Source of the DNA: Elsinoe ampelina
Lineage: Eukaryota
DNA length: 64,000 bases
Assembly (NCBI GenBank): GCA_010093995.1
Contig: ML992501.1
Location: 640,227-704,226, forward strand
Direction of reading: 5' to 3'
The notes below the pieces were generated by a model. The model made no database searches. It was not told the origin of the DNA and saw only the letters and a list, made by a program, of their open reading frames with translations. Positions within the stretch are counted from its first letter, which is position 1. Each line of letters starts with the position of its first letter. Below, piece after piece: positions 59,875 to 64,000 of the stretch. The translations under genes were made by a program, and so were the position numbers.

Positions 59875-62206
59875 CTACAAGTGGGGGACCTTGGCGCTGG
59901 CGAGAGCGAGGGAGAGGATGCTGAACAACCCCTCGCCCAAGATCAGACCGCTGGCGAGGATGATGACGGGTGTCTCACTTCTTTTCTTGTATCCACACCA
60001 GTACCAGCTCAAGAGACCGCCAATCGTCCTCGCCAGGGTAAAGGAAGGGGTATTATACATGCCTGCGACAGATCAGCATTGGCTTTTTTCGACTTACGAC
60101 ACGACATCACTCACCGACTGCGACTGCAATACCGCCAGGCACAAAGTCCTTCCAGAACTTCTCTTTCCCATATATCCGCATCACAGTAAAGACGGTAAAG
60201 ATCACCGCAGCACCAGCAGACCATTCCGCGGCCTTCTCCGGCAGTCCCTGACCAGTGACCAATCTGGCAGTGAAGACCCATACATATCCCGTCGGCACTT
60301 GGAACATTCCTCCCGGCACTTCATACACACTCGTGTACAGCTTATACACAGCGGCACTTACGACAGCACCAAATGCACTTCCCAATATCTGGCCATAGAA
60401 CTGAGCCTTCGGACTCGCACCAAGCAGATGTCCCGTCTTCAAATCCTGCAGCAGATCACCAGCCTGGAGAGCCCCAGACTCACTAATGGCACCAGCGATG
60501 AGGTTGATGATAACAGCATTCTTTGACCCACGAGGAGTGACCAGAGCAAAGGCAAGCTGGACAAGCTTACTTATTCCCGACACTGGATTCAAATCTGTTT
60601 CGCCGAGAGCGCGCACCCCCATGATGGAGAGGAGGAGAGCCAGAAGTAATGCGAGGAGGGTGAGAGGAAGCGGTATCAACCCAGCAAAGGTGTAATGGAC
60701 GGCGAGGACACAGACCAGTAAAGAGAGTACCAGACCAACAGAAGTCACACGGGCTCCAATGAGGTGTTCAGGAGGCGCATCAGGTTCTTCATCGTCGACA
60801 GGTTTTTTCACAGAGGTCCTGGTTTCATCGGAGGAAGAGTCAAAAGGTAACGAAGAGTAATCCTTGAGGCGGTCTGGGCGAACAATGCGGTGGAGGTCTT
60901 GACGAAATGTACCACGGCGATAACTGTCACGAATAGAAGGACCATGTTGCCGGACGAGGTTGATCGTCGGCCGAAGAACCAGCCATCCAAGACTGATGAT
61001 TGCATCCGCGAGCATGATTGCCAGACTGACCCATACAATCCATCCTTTGCTGCCTTTCTCCCAATCGCTCACAGGTCCGGGAGCCCAGCCTTTGTGCTTC
61101 GCCAGTGGTGATAAGATACCCCATCCAATGACCGCACCGAGCAGCATGTTCAGTGTCGTGGCGGGACCCATGATGATGCCTTGTCCAATGTATGCAGGAG
61201 AAGGATTTAGCGTCCATAACCAGGTGTTAGCCAGTTTCATGCCCAGAATAGGAATATCACGAATCTGCGGAACAAAGTAGCTGAACACCGTGTACCCAGC
61301 CGAACCTCCAAACGACCCGACCAGCAGCTTGATCTGCATCTTCCAGTCCTTGAACTTCTCTTGCGCGCCTACAGCCTCCTCATCAGACACCCTCCCCTGA
61401 CCCTCCCGCCCTTGCTCCCTCTCCGCCAACAGACTCTCCCCCTCCTCGCTTGTCCCATCTCCTCTTACCCCTTTCCTTCCTCCATCCCGCTCATCCATAT
61501 CGATCACCCCCTTCTCCCCCGCCCCATGCAACACGGAAATCATCAACGCCGTCGCCGTCCCCGAAGGAAACTTCAGTTTCTCCCTAATAATCACCTCCGT
61601 CCTAAGCGGCACCGCGAACAGCACCCCAAAGAAACACAACCCCGTCGCCCAAACCATCAACTTCCCCAACCCCAACTCCAACCCCGTCTTCCCATCCGGC
61701 GTCTCCTCCTCTTTAAGCAAAAACTCCAGCGCCGGTATCACGCCCACGAAACCACACCCCAACGGCATCGTCCCCACCGAGCTCGCGACGGTCTGTATCA
61801 GCACGTTCTCCACCGGCGTGAAGGGGAAGCTGAGTAGTGGCGCCACGGCTTTGAAGTATGCGAAACCGAGGAGCGCGCTGGGCATTGCCATGCCGGATAT
61901 CCAGCCTGTTTGGAGGCCGAAGTAGGTGTTGGAGAAGGCGATTATGATGCCGATTGCGAGGCCGACGAGGAGGGAGCGGAGGGTGAAGTTTTGGGGTTGG
62001 GAGGCGCGGGAGGCGAGGACGGGGGAGGGGGAGGAGGGGGAGGAGGAGGATGAGAGGGTGCCGATTTGTGATCGGTGTGAGGGGGTGCTCGGGCTTGATG
62101 AGGAGGGGGAGGATGAGGAGGGGGAGGAAGATGAGGAGGGGGAGGAGGGCGATGAGGAGGATGAGGATGACGAGGGGGAGGAGGGGCCGCCCCGGTCTGG
62201 TGCCAT
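59875..62206 (-). CDS. OPT-superfamily oligopeptide transporter (YSL-like clade), intron ~60063-60112
   Basis: NTYFGLQTGW, FTPVENV, KFPSGTATA, LGETDLNP, DLKTGHL, ASGLILGEG; poly-Ser/Pro N-terminus. Confidence 0.93.
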
Positions 62207-62994
62207 GGTGGTATGGGGCTTGCTGGGGGAGAAGGTTTGGAGGGGATATGAGGTTGCCAGGTTGAAGGATCAACCCATTGCTGCTATGGGGAGGGTATAG
62301 GCTAGCGCGGTGGAATGAGATGTCGTGATTGACGCATTGACGCCCGTGTTTGCACTGTTTGCATTAGCTGGTAGGAATACCCGAGCACCACAGACAGACC
62401 CACGACACTGTGCTATGGATACACTCCATCGCGATGCATGGCGCTCTCATACCCAATATTGAGCAGTGATCGATGATTGAGTTGGTTATGTGCTTGCTTA
62501 CACAATACTGTGCGTATGCCTTATCTCTGTTACTGTTGATCCCGAACGCTGTGGTACCTGCGCTGGAAATCACACCACAATCTCTTCAAATCCGACGGCG
62601 AGCGGGACGACTCTGAAATGGGTCACAGACGGTGAAGGCGAGACGATGACAAGACTCGTATGGGCGCGGCTCATTAGAGTATAGTTCCTCAGCAGGCTCA
62701 GCGGCTCATTTCCAAGTGGGATCAAAGTTCGCGACATCGTTGACGCTAGCCTGCTATCATTATGATTGCCAGTCCAGGCTCGCTAAGATCAATGATAATG
62801 CCACAACTATTCACGACCGTTCACAACGTGCCAGCCTGGTCGTTTCAATGGTAAGATTCCAGCAATTAACTCGGTCAATCCATGCGAGGGCCCGATACTG
62901 CGTATATATGGTCTACATGTATCGACATGTGAATGTTGTTCTTCACTACTACTTCATAGCACACTGCCATAGATCCGCCGTATTCCCAGCCGTC

Positions 62995-64000
62995 ATGCAG
63001 TGTATCTGGGTGCAATTCTTGTTGCTGGTCCTGGCTGTATCTTGCTGTGCTGCTAAGACGCCCTCGAATGCAGGTGAGTTCGGCAGGCTTTGTTTTTGGT
63101 GCAACAGGATTGATTATTCCAGCCTGTACCAAGCTTGCTACTCAGATAGCCGAGATAGACGAGAATGTCACAAACCCGAGATACTATTGCAACTACTATC
63201 TCTCTGCGTACGCCGCGATTGGTCCCGTCTCAGGAGAACAACACTGACATTACCGCAGGCCGCGCACGAGAAGTCCTCTTCCTGACATCAATGCTGCCAC
63301 TATGAAGCAAGCATGCCAATGTGTCCTCCGTCGAGCTGGACAGAAGAAGGTCAGAGCGTTGAGATCGTATCCTCTACCACAGCCTGGGAAGAAATATCCT
63401 TGTGATCAAAGATACGCTAGAGACGTTCGCGCTGCATTCGTCGATGCATCGTCATTCTGCAACTTTTACGGCGCCATGTCAGTCCTCCTTTCCTCTTCCA
63501 TGATCCTGGCTTACTGTGTTACAGTCCGCGCGCCCTCTCTCCGATCATCGGACGCTCTCCTGTACAACTCATTGCAGGCTGCAAGTGTATTATCAATCCT
63601 CCAAAGTCTTCTTCCAAGACTACAAGTCTGACCACACGATCAACGACTACTAGTCTGAGTTTGAGCGTAACCTCCCGTACAACTACAGACAGTGTACCTT
63701 CGGTACAGCCAACTTCCACTACGTCAACTACATCTACCACTACATCAACTACATCTACCACTACTTCGACCACTACTTCGACCACCACCTCGACCACTAC
63801 TTTGACCACTACTTCGACCACTACTCCGACCACTGCTCCGAGCACCACATTGACCACTACACCAATTACCACTTCAAGCACTACTTCAAGCACTACTTCA
63901 AGCACTACTTCAACCACTACTTCAACCACTACTTCAAGCACTACTTCAAGCACTACTTCGACCACTACTTCAACCACTACTTCAACCACTACTTCAACCA
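62995..64000 (+). CDS. Secreted Cys-containing protein with Ser/Thr-rich mucin-like repeats (multi-exon, truncated by window end)
   Basis: Signal peptide MQCIWVQFLLLVLAVSCCAA, GTGAGT donor at ~63074, two Cys modules, then a Thr-rich tract. Confidence 0.7.
63715..64000 (+). repeat. 12-bp coding minisatellite (ACCACTACTTCR; TTTS/STTS)
   Basis: More than 20 degenerate units running to the window end. Confidence 0.9.

Overview
Fungal genomic DNA from a filamentous ascomycete (Pezizomycotina), in two sharply separated compartments. Bases 1 to ~23,280 are an AT-rich block with heavy RIP-type C>T/G>A mutation (TA/TAG/CTA abundant, CA/TG depleted) and no intact genes. Reversing transitions by eye reveals an organised relic: a ~7.3-7.6 kb module present twice in direct orientation (a minus-strand ORF, a SNF2-like helicase gene, then the 5' exon of a Plavaka transposase). 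The second module runs on into a near-complete Plavaka transposase, followed by two BTB-like relics, and a 506-bp fold-back MITE interrupts the first module. This suggests a large cargo-carrying Plavaka/SNF2 mobile element. Bases ~23,300-64,000 are gene-dense euchromatin with 19 called genes: ENP2, an intact SNF2 helicase, NDUFS3, NOT4, ataxin-10-like, SWF1, CCT3, GPI8, SDR, GNAT, BTB, SNF12/RSC6, an amidohydrolase, an OPT transporter, an alpha/beta hydrolase, a PAH-like protein, a secreted Thr-rich protein and two hypotheticals. This compartment shows recurrent C-rich to G-rich skew switches independent of gene orientation, and NOT4 appears to have an alternative terminal exon. All calls are by eye, without database searches; de-RIPed translations are reconstructions.
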